A stretch of DNA of 64,000 nucleotides from Candidatus Zixiibacteriota bacterium. GTDB lineage: Bacteria > Zixibacteria > MSB-5A5 > CAIYYT01. This document shows positions 56,022 to 64,000 of the stretch, piece by piece. The DNA is taken from NCBI GenBank assembly GCA_040235515.1, contig JBECKX010000179.1, forward strand, positions 15,232 through 79,231, written 5' to 3'. Every line of letters starts with the position of its first letter. The first letter of the stretch is position 1. The notes beneath the pieces are model-generated. The model was not told the DNA's origin, made no database searches, and saw only the letters and a program-made list of their open reading frames with translations. The position numbers and the translations under genes are program-made.

Positions 56022-58967
56022 CTACGGACATGCGCTGCAAGGCGCAGGACCACCGCCGAAGATGTAGTTAATGATGTAGACGGCATCACCAATACTCACG
56101 CTTCCACTGCAATCGGCATCACCCGCTTCGATCGGATCGGGAGCAGGTCCGCCGCCGAAGATGAAGTTGATGATATGAACGGCATCGCTGATCGAAACCG
56201 CGCCGTTGCCATCAGCATCACCACAGACCCAGGGTGGAGCCTCAAAGGTTGCATTGAGTGTTCTCAGTCCCCACGAATCCCACTCGAAACAGAGTGTGCT
56301 CGTAAGCGGGACCTGGAAAATGAGCTGTCCGAACCCACCTGACTGATCGATATAGCCAAGAGGTACCGTGTACTCGCCTGGCTGAGTGATATTCATCGTA
56401 CCGGAGCCGAGGGATGACTGCGGGCATGAGACCTGCAGCACGCCGGGCTGGGCGACATCTCTGACGTAAACGACAACTTCCATATCTTCCCACCATTGAT
56501 TAGGCCCTGGGATATCGAACTGCGCCGAGTATTGCTGGGTAGGGCCGCATGGTCCCAGGTTGCGCGGGATCTGGGAGAGGTCAAAGCCATCGGAGAATGT
56601 TTGCGAGGTTGAGTGCGAGGGTGGGAAGCCGTCGCCGAATTCGTCGGAGCTACCGTCGCGCCCACCCGCCGATCCACCGGCAAACTCGACAGGGTTAGAG
56701 GGTGTAGCCGCATCCTCCCTGTCGGGTTTTGAGGTGATGGTTACATCGGAGGTGCCTTGTGGATCGTCGAAGTGAACCCAGAAGATTCCAGTGGAATTAC
56801 TGTCGACATCGAGTACACGCGTCTCGCCGCCGGCCATATATCCGAAGCTGCCGGGGGTTGTCCAGTTCCACTCGCGGACCCGGACGCGCCTGCCATCGGC
56901 CTGTTGCTCGTATACCGTCACGTTTCCGCAGCCACCTGAGCCGTCGAATTCGAATTTCAGTTGTCCACCCTTCGGCGCCACAACCTGCTTCCAGTCGCAA
57001 TATTCCTTCAACTGATAACGCACCCAGCTATCGTTCGGATCGTTGAGCAGATTATCGTAGTAATTGGCGGTCGCGTCATCCTGATCCGCCTTTGCTCTCA
57101 GCGCAGCCCTTTGCGCCGGGGTGAGGCCGTTACCCAGTTGATCGGCGACCAGCCTGCGCCACTCGGCTCGTTCACGTGCGGCGTCGCGCGCGTCAGTCAG
57201 GTACTTCCGGTAGCAATCCTTGGCGAACTGCACACATTGCTCGTAGGTGTAACGGCCGGTCGCCAGAGAGTCAATCTTGCACTTGAGGTAAGGATGCACC
57301 TCGGTCAGCGGCGAGTCTCCGAAGGTATCGGCGCCGGAGTTGCTGTTGACATGGATTTCAGTTTTGCTCTTGTCATCGATCCCTTTCATCGCATTGACGA
57401 TCTGCCCGCCGAAGCATTGCAGCATTTCATCATACATATAGTCGCAGCAGGAGTCGATCAACTCTTGCTGCATTGCGCGCAGTTCGTCCCCGGTGAGGAC
57501 CTCGTTCTGCAACATGTTGATCCCGGTTTCGCCCCACCCCAGGACCCCTGATTTGCAGCCGTGGTTGGTCACCATTTTCTGCACTGTGGCATCTTTGCCT
57601 GCATCTTCACAGGCAGCTATCTTCTTGGCGATATCTTTGTGTGCCTTCTGGACATTTGCCTGAGTGCACGAATCGACGGCAGCGTTGGGAATCAGCGCTG
57701 TGTTCTCGCTATTGCCTTTGAAGTAGAGGATTTTGATGTTGCCGGGGCAGTAGCCCTCGTTGTTTACCTTGTGCTGATAGAGCGCCTCGATGTTCTTCCA
57801 GTACTTCGGCTTGTTCTGTCCGGCGCTGATACCGCCGCTGATCAGGATGGCGAACTTACACGAATCGCAATCCTCGGCACTTCTCTCGATGACTTCGACT
57901 CCGCCATCGTCGCCATTACTACCATCCACACTCCCCTGCGGCGGGGCAAATTCATCGAGGAAGCTGGAGCTGTCGATATAGGTGTATGATGCAGCCGTAA
58001 GGGTGAGCATCAACGAATCTTCGGGGAAAGGCGCAAGATCGTCGGGTGTCGATGAGAGCACACCGGTTGCGATCATCAGTCCGCCAAACCAATAGTTGGT
58101 GTCGGGCATCGTCCCCTCGAGAAAGATGACTGATTGGGTCGGACCATAGGTGTCCGCGATGAACACGTCATAATCGTTGACCAGTGCAGCAAAGTCGGGG
58201 TGAGTGAACTCGCCGACAACGCTGATCGTCTGTCCCTCGAGTGAATCGACTGCCTCAAAGACCTCGGCTATAGAGAAGAATTCCTTGGTGTAATAGATCC
58301 GCAGCTTTGGGCGATTGGCCGGAGTGGCATTCTCGCGGGAATCAAAACGCTTTGCGGAGGAAGAGTCGGCCTCGTTACCGATGATGATCCACCCGAAATT
58401 GCTTGCCGGGCTTGATACCCAAGCCTCAACATCGGCGACCATCTGTGCCGTTGAACCCCAGACGTAACTACCGAGACCGGCAACGCTCTGCGTGGCGGAC
58501 GGGGCCGCTTCATAGTCCCCTCCGGCTGACGCCCAGAATGTCGTATCGTAGAAGCTGTGAATCCAGGTGGCATCGTCGGCCTGCGAAGGGGCACCGGCGC
58601 CTTCCTGACCGGTGGCGTCGGAAGTACCCTCGCCCCAGGCAGATGTTACTTTGTGCAGAGAGATGGTTTCGCTGCCTGAGATTGTCTTCGACATGTTGAG
58701 GACCAACTCAACGCTGTCGATTGTCGCTCCGACCGGAAGCTGGGTGGCGACATCGAACTTAACCAGTGCCCGCCGCAGATCGAGTCCGGCGGTTGCACCT
58801 GAGAACAGGTGTGCTCCAGCACCGTTGCTGAGCGAACCTGTTATGTCTTCGTAGAGTGTATTGTCCTGAACAGCCTCGAGTTCCACTACCTGGGCGTGAA
58901 GCGCCGGGGTGGCCGGAAGCAGACAGAGCAGGGTAAGAATCAGGGCGATAGCTTTAGAACCGGTCAT
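56022..58967 (-). CDS. large secreted clan CD cysteine peptidase-like protein (legumain/clostripain-like core) with N-terminal DNRLRE-like beta domain and C-terminal double dockerin-like module
   Basis: 981 aa with a signal peptide. The central blocks are CDSCKFAILISGG, NIKILYFKG, VTNHGC and LQCFGGQ. These align by eye with the legumain blocks AVLVAGS, VVMMYDD, DHGS and EACESG. The C-terminus reads CGDADGNGAVSISDAVHIINFIFGGGPAP...GDADCSGSVSIGDAVYIINYIFGGGPAPCSACP. Confidence 0.6.
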   Translation of the reverse strand: MTGSKAIALILTLLCLLPATPALHAQVVELEAVQDNTLYEDITGSLSNGAGAHLFSGATAGLDLRRALVKFDVATQLPVGATIDSVELVLNMSKTISGSETISLHKVTSAWGEGTSDATGQEGAGAPSQADDATWIHSFYDTTFWASAGGDYEAAPSATQSVAGLGSYVWGSTAQMVADVEAWVSSPASNFGWIIIGNEADSSSAKRFDSRENATPANRPKLRIYYTKEFFSIAEVFEAVDSLEGQTISVVGEFTHPDFAALVNDYDVFIADTYGPTQSVIFLEGTMPDTNYWFGGLMIATGVLSSTPDDLAPFPEDSLMLTLTAASYTYIDSSSFLDEFAPPQGSVDGSNGDDGGVEVIERSAEDCDSCKFAILISGGISAGQNKPKYWKNIEALYQHKVNNEGYCPGNIKILYFKGNSENTALIPNAAVDSCTQANVQKAHKDIAKKIAACEDAGKDATVQKMVTNHGCKSGVLGWGETGINMLQNEVLTGDELRAMQQELIDSCCDYMYDEMLQCFGGQIVNAMKGIDDKSKTEIHVNSNSGADTFGDSPLTEVHPYLKCKIDSLATGRYTYEQCVQFAKDCYRKYLTDARDAARERAEWRRLVADQLGNGLTPAQRAALRAKADQDDATANYYDNLLNDPNDSWVRYQLKEYCDWKQVVAPKGGQLKFEFDGSGGCGNVTVYEQQADGRRVRVREWNWTTPGSFGYMAGGETRVLDVDSNSTGIFWVHFDDPQGTSDVTITSKPDREDAATPSNPVEFAGGSAGGRDGSSDEFGDGFPPSHSTSQTFSDGFDLSQIPRNLGPCGPTQQYSAQFDIPGPNQWWEDMEVVVYVRDVAQPGVLQVSCPQSSLGSGTMNITQPGEYTVPLGYIDQSGGFGQLIFQVPLTSTLCFEWDSWGLRTLNATFEAPPWVCGDADGNGAVSISDAVHIINFIFGGGPAPDPIEAGDADCSGSVSIGDAVYIINYIFGGGPAPCSACP

Positions 58968-59407
58968 GCTCTCCTCCTGGTGGTTGATGGGTGCAGGGGC
59001 GTGTGATGATGCTCGTAATCCATGTTGCCCCTCTGGATTTTACAGTAGCGAACAGAAGCGTCGGGAACCAGTGCGGGCCTATGGTTCGGCGCTGCTATCT
59101 GCTGGTGCTTTGCGCTAAAGAATCTGCGCGGACGATCTGGTTATGACTGAATTGCTGAACGTTGCTTATGGCCCCACAGGCCTTTAGTGCTCTCAGGTTC
59201 AGTATAAGTCCGTAGTTGTCTCAGGCAAGTTAAATTAGCATTTAACGATCGTTTCTGTCCATGTTTCGAACTGCGACTCGGTACGACCTATCCGATCTGA
59301 TTCGGCACAACCGATCGTGCCTGAAGCGGATTTGCGAATCCGCTCCCGACAAAGCTTCGCCAATTGCAGGCCCAACTCAGGTTGTATGCGACTCGCAGCC
59401 GGGTATC

Positions 59408-62356
59408 CTACGGGCAAGCGGCGCATGGTGCCGGTCCACCGGCGAAGATGAAGTTGATCAGGTAGACTGCATCGCTGATGCTGACTGCGCCGCTGCAGTC
59501 GGCGTCGCCAGAGGCCAGCGGATTGGGGGCCGGGCCGCCTGCAAAGATGTAATTGATGATAAAAACTGCGTCTCCGATCGAAACGGCCGTGCTGCCGTCC
59601 GCATCACCGCATAAGTATGGCGGGAATGTCTCAACCAGAGAACGCAATCCCCAGCTATCAAACTCGAAACTGGCGCCGGAGAAACTGGTGACGAACTCGA
59701 TTTCACCCGAGCCGCCCGTTGTGGCGATCGCACCCAGGTGCGCGGTATAGCGTCCGGGGCCTGAAATGGTGAGAGGCACAACGGAGTTGGCGGCCTGCGG
59801 ACATTCTATGGTCATCGGACCCGGTTGCAGCACAGTCAATACATCAAGAACGACCTCCATGTCACTCCAGTAGACGTTATCCGCCGGGATATCGAAGGAT
59901 GCAATGTAGTGATTCACACCGCTTGACCCACCTGACCCAAGATCACGCGGGCAATCACCGAGGTCGGAATCATCATTGAACGTACCGGAGGAGCCGTGCG
60001 GATCGCTGAAGGGCCCCTCGCCGAACTCCTCGGAGGAACCGTCCCGAAAACCTCGCGACCCGCCTGCGTAGCTGATCGGGTTAGATGGCGAGTCGGTACC
60101 GAATCGCGCCATGGTTGAGACAACTTCAACCGTGAAGTCGCTTCCATCGTTATGCAGGATGAACACTCCGCTGGAGCCGGTGTCGACATCGTAGTAGCGC
60201 GTGTCGTTGCCGGGCACGAATTCGTTGCTCCCCGGTAGATTCCAGTTCCATTCACGTTTCTGCACCGGGTCATCGACGCCCTCCTTTTTCTCGTACAGCC
60301 TGACGTTACCGCAGGTACCGGTACCTGAGAACTTGAAGCAGAGCTGCCCACCTTTCGGCGCTGTGACGGTGCGAGAATCGCAGTACTCATTGAACTGGAT
60401 TCGATAGAAGCGCGTACCGCAAGTATCGAGCACTCCCTGCACGACGTCGCGATAATACTCGCGATTCCGGATCTGTCGCCGCACGTTGGCGCGCTGGTCT
60501 GAGAAGAGAAAACCGGTACTATCGAGCAGCTTCAGCGAGTCGATGTCGTCGAGGGCGTCATCGAGCCATTTCATCAGAGTGTCTTTGAAGCAGTGCATTC
60601 CAAAAGTCACGCACTCTTCATAGCTGTAGCGACCGGTTGCCAACGAGTCAAGCTTGCAACGGACGTAATCGTGCACAATGTTGTTCTGTGAAGGCACCGG
60701 GAGACTGCCGAGCGCGGGAGAATTGACGTGGATCTCCGTTTCGCTGCTGTCTGCCAGGGACTTCAGATCCTCAACCTGAATACCGCTGAAGCAATGGGTG
60801 AGCTCCACGAACATAGAATCGGCGCCTGAGTCGATCAGTTTCTGCTGATTGGCTCGCAATTCCGCCGGGGTCAGCACGCTGTCGGCGCAGAGGAGGCAGG
60901 TTCCGGTCTTCGCTGGGTCTGACGGATCGAGCACACCGTGATTACCGACGAACGTGTAGGCTATCCCGGACGAATCGCAGTTTGCCAGCCTGGCTGCGGC
61001 CTGGTCATACGCCCAGTTGATCGAATCCCGAGAACATTTGAATACCCGGTTGTCCGGAACGCTGATTATGCCGGCGCTCCCCGGAACGCCATCGTAGTAC
61101 AGCACCCAGATATTCTCCGGGCAGAGATTGGCAGAATTGACGAGGTAGTCATAGTTTTTCTCGAGAGTCGCCCAGTAACCCTCTTTGTTCTTGGCTTCGT
61201 CAATTCCCCCGCTGATCAGGACCGCCACTTTGCAGCTGTCGCAGTCATCAAGTTTTTGCAGGCTGCTTGAGACCGGTGGGTGGGGTGAATAGGCTTTTGC
61301 GGCCTTGGCGGTACCACCTTCGAGTCCGAAGGGATGAATCAGGTCATACCCCGAGACGCTCAAGCTGAGTTGTTTGTCATTGAGCGGCGCGGTGCACTCC
61401 AGAATCGGATCAACCGAGAGAATCCCATGAGCGACTACCAAGCCGCCATACCAGTAGTCGGAGGGGGGATAAGCTCCGGTGATAAAGACGTTGCTCCAGG
61501 GAGGCATCGGCGTGTCGAGCTTGTATGCCGCGTAGTCGGTGACAAAGAGCGGCACTTGGTCTGAAATGAACTCGCCAACTATAGAGACAGACATTCCATC
61601 GAGTGAGTCCGCCCATTCATAAGCACGCGGAATATCAATGAAGTCAAACGCGCAGGTGGCGTCGAAGTTATCGACGGCAAGGGTTCGAATCCAGACCTGA
61701 CCGGGATACCCCTGGTCGAACAGGTCGGAGAGGGTACCATCCTTGAGCCGGTAGCTGGTACATGGACCGGGCAGCGTATCGACGAACATATCAAAGCAGC
61801 TTACCGGGTTATTCAGCTTATAGCTGATAAAGAAGTCACCTGAGATGCAGAGTGTATCGGTGAACAGGGCCGTGACGACGCCACAGGTGGGTCCGCCGGG
61901 TGAGGTTAGCAATCCTGTGGCTGTTTCGTAGAGGAGAGCGCCCGGCTGGGGACATTCGATTCCAGCTGCATCGTAAATTTCAAAGGAAATCTGAGTCGTG
62001 CAAGCCGACGAGACACAAACTACGAATTGCAGACCGATGATTCCGATCGGCAGAGTAGGTTCACAAGTCGACAGATCGATGTCCTGAAACCGGAAATACG
62101 ATTCTTCGCCGGTGATTTCACCAAACAGTTGTAATCCGAGGTCTCCCGGATAAGGGAGAGCGCATTCGGCCTGAGTGGAGCGAGTGTCGATCTGGCCAGT
62201 GCCCGCGATTTCTTCGAAGGTTATCAGAGGGCTATTGGATTTGTCGGTAGCCGCTCGCTGCAAGTTCTCTCGCGGATCAGAAGCGTTCGAAGCCGCCATC
62301 AAAAGCGGCAAGACCAGAGTCGCGGCCAGGATGATACACCTGCGCAAGAAATTCAT
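59408..62356 (-). CDS. paralogous large secreted clan CD cysteine peptidase-like protein with Cys-rich N-terminal region and C-terminal double dockerin-like module
   Basis: 982 aa with a signal peptide. It shares the central core (CDSCKVAVLISGG, NIWVLYYDG, FVGNHGV, THCFSG) and the C-terminal module (CGDADGSTAVSIGDAVFIINYIFAGGPAP...CSGAVSISDAVYLINFIFAGGPAPCAACP) with the upstream paralog. Confidence 0.6.
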   Translation of the reverse strand: MNFLRRCIILAATLVLPLLMAASNASDPRENLQRAATDKSNSPLITFEEIAGTGQIDTRSTQAECALPYPGDLGLQLFGEITGEESYFRFQDIDLSTCEPTLPIGIIGLQFVVCVSSACTTQISFEIYDAAGIECPQPGALLYETATGLLTSPGGPTCGVVTALFTDTLCISGDFFISYKLNNPVSCFDMFVDTLPGPCTSYRLKDGTLSDLFDQGYPGQVWIRTLAVDNFDATCAFDFIDIPRAYEWADSLDGMSVSIVGEFISDQVPLFVTDYAAYKLDTPMPPWSNVFITGAYPPSDYWYGGLVVAHGILSVDPILECTAPLNDKQLSLSVSGYDLIHPFGLEGGTAKAAKAYSPHPPVSSSLQKLDDCDSCKVAVLISGGIDEAKNKEGYWATLEKNYDYLVNSANLCPENIWVLYYDGVPGSAGIISVPDNRVFKCSRDSINWAYDQAAARLANCDSSGIAYTFVGNHGVLDPSDPAKTGTCLLCADSVLTPAELRANQQKLIDSGADSMFVELTHCFSGIQVEDLKSLADSSETEIHVNSPALGSLPVPSQNNIVHDYVRCKLDSLATGRYSYEECVTFGMHCFKDTLMKWLDDALDDIDSLKLLDSTGFLFSDQRANVRRQIRNREYYRDVVQGVLDTCGTRFYRIQFNEYCDSRTVTAPKGGQLCFKFSGTGTCGNVRLYEKKEGVDDPVQKREWNWNLPGSNEFVPGNDTRYYDVDTGSSGVFILHNDGSDFTVEVVSTMARFGTDSPSNPISYAGGSRGFRDGSSEEFGEGPFSDPHGSSGTFNDDSDLGDCPRDLGSGGSSGVNHYIASFDIPADNVYWSDMEVVLDVLTVLQPGPMTIECPQAANSVVPLTISGPGRYTAHLGAIATTGGSGEIEFVTSFSGASFEFDSWGLRSLVETFPPYLCGDADGSTAVSIGDAVFIINYIFAGGPAPNPLASGDADCSGAVSISDAVYLINFIFAGGPAPCAACP

Positions 62357-63060
62357 TTAACCCTCCAATGCATTGATTGTCAGAGATCGCCAAAGATCGT
62401 CAAATCGCATTCTGGATGCGGTCGGGACCTGTTTCTATTATCGATTTTGAAGTCGTTTCGCGCATTGACCCGAACGGTCCGGTTGTTGCCGGCATCCGCA
62501 AGACAGCTCTGGCGTATCACCGACGAAAGACAGGTTGCATGAGCATCTCCGAAGATGTCCCACCTGCTAACACCCAATAACAACAGGGCAACAGAACCGG
62601 GAGATAGAGCGTGCGAGCCTGCCCGGTAGGTTCGGCGGCTGCGGGAATACCGGTTTTCAGCACTACAGCAAAGGCGCTGCGATGAAGCTTTGAGCCGCCG
62701 GGAACACGGTGCCAGACGCGCGTTGCTCAAACTGCCTGCTTTTGCATCTCTTGTCTATTGAATAGTTGTTGCTTGATAGCAACTTAGTTACAGAGGCGAA
62801 TCAAGTCAAGATCGAACTTATCTCACCATGATAGGGTGGGGAAAAATCGGTTGACAAAGGATAGGGGTCAACGTAAAATGCTCATTCTTAATTGCGCAAG
62901 TAATGGGAGTAGTGCGTCTATTAATTTCAGGCAGAGCATTCCAAAGACACTCCGTTTAACACTACTGAAGTGTATTCTGCAGTGTGACTCACGTTTTGCC
63001 TGTGGAAACAGCCTTTGTCCAAGACGCGGCAGCATAAGAACTTACAAACATGGTTGGTAG

Positions 63061-64000
63061 ATGGAGATGGTGATGAGATTTTGCAAATTGTCGTTACTCA
63101 CGCCACTGCTGGTGGTTGTCTGGTGTGGAGTCGTGGTGGCAGGAGGATGGCAGTACACCGGAGTGGGCGCGCGCGCCAAGTCGATGGGGAACGCATTTAG
63201 AGCTATCTCGGCTGACGCGAGTAACGCGTACTACAATCCTGCTGGGCTCGCATATCTGGAGACTCATATATTTTCAGGAACTGTAGAGTTGCATGGTCCT
63301 CGACCGGAGTTGGATCCGAATTTCAATTCCGCGGGCTACAACTTTGGGTACTTGAATGGCGAGACGCGTTATCCTTTCGATGAAGTTTATGCGATGGGAA
63401 CAGCGTCGCTCTATTTTCAGCCCAAGGGCATACCGAATCTGGTCCTGGGTGGCTCAGTGTATCAGGCTTATGATCACAACGCCGTATGGAACCTGTTCAG
63501 CATTTCCCCCGCGTACAACGCCAATGCCAGTATAGTGGAGGAGAATCATCGCTCGAACTTTGATGTTGTGACATTCCAGCCGACGGTCGCCTACAAGTTT
63601 TCTGATGACAAGATCGCGGTCGGAGTCGGTGTGCAGATTCACCGTGGCGACGCCTGGCTCGATCAGGTCAGGTTGCTCGACAACCCGTATCAATACCCGC
63701 TTGATGTCCGCCCGATGGACAAGCTGCCCGAAGCTTACTCGGTGGACGGCTACGGCTACTCGGTTGGAGCCAACATCGGCGTGCAGGTGAAGCTCAATGA
63801 GAAAGTAACTCTGGGAGCGAACTACAAATCGAAGTCGACGATGACGATCGATGGTGCCAGCGTGGAACGAATCTTCTTCCCGCTCAACCCCGGAATCGCC
63901 GCTCTCTACAACGACCCGAGCGTGAACAACAATCCTGAGCAGTTGGAGATCTTCACGACCTATTCAACCGGCCCGGAGTATGTTGTCCTGAGCGATTTCG
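63061..64000 (+). CDS. FadL/OmpP1/TodX-like outer-membrane beta-barrel protein, partial (the 3' end runs off the right edge)
   Basis: The open frame runs from the ATG at 63061 to the window end. It has a signal peptide and then GVGARAKSMGNAFRAISADASNAYYNPAGLA, which is typical of the FadL family N-terminus. It is absent from the ORF track because no stop is reached. Confidence 0.5.
   Translation, partial: MEMVMRFCKLSLLTPLLVVVWCGVVVAGGWQYTGVGARAKSMGNAFRAISADASNAYYNPAGLAYLETHIFSGTVELHGPRPELDPNFNSAGYNFGYLNGETRYPFDEVYAMGTASLYFQPKGIPNLVLGGSVYQAYDHNAVWNLFSISPAYNANASIVEENHRSNFDVVTFQPTVAYKFSDDKIAVGVGVQIHRGDAWLDQVRLLDNPYQYPLDVRPMDKLPEAYSVDGYGYSVGANIGVQVKLNEKVTLGANYKSKSTMTIDGASVERIFFPLNPGIAALYNDPSVNNNPEQLEIFTTYSTGPEYVVLSDF

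Noticed and set aside
1-64000. CRISPR arrays, tRNA-Sec (selC) or IS/transposase genes
   Set aside because: No regularly spaced direct repeats were found. Both tRNAs have Ser anticodons (CGA, GGA), not UCA. No transposase or integrase-like ORF was found by motif inspection.

Overview
High-GC bacterial chromosomal window, probably a flagellated member or relative of the FCB (Fibrobacteres-Chlorobi-Bacteroidetes) group. It has a fused ccoNO cbb3 oxidase, T9SS C-terminal sorting domains and dockerin-like modules. Read left to right, it contains: a peptidoglycan-recycling operon (anmK partial, nagZ) co-transcribed with a membrane GAF-GGDEF diguanylate cyclase; a flgL/flagellin-like gene; an FAD oxidoreductase plus a NapH-like membrane polyferredoxin; a translationally coupled glycosyltransferase cluster ending in an ArsS-type radical SAM enzyme, with TIGR04282/TIGR04283-type transferases and an AhpD-like protein; a complete cbb3 oxidase structural and biogenesis cluster (ccoI-ccoS-ccoNO-ccoQ-ccoP-ccoG-ccoH plus a DsbD_2-like membrane protein); two peroxiredoxin-like genes, one of them a UGA-recoded (selenocysteine) thioredoxin-fold protein that the ORF track splits in two; two tRNA-Ser genes; a multi-PAS histidine kinase followed by two response regulators (REC-HDOD and REC-HD-like); a PP2C/FHA/PEGA module; two T9SS-CTD cargo proteins; and three large secreted peptidases that share an unusual Cys-bounded C-terminal double dockerin-like module. 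The three are a Zn-metallopeptidase and two tandem ~981 aa legumain/clostripain-like clan CD cysteine peptidase paralogs. No CRISPR array, tRNA-Sec or obvious mobile element was seen. The most novel-looking items are the dockerin-tagged protease set, the ArsS-type rSAM glycosylation cluster lacking arsM, and the unannotatable-by-ORF-caller selenoprotein.
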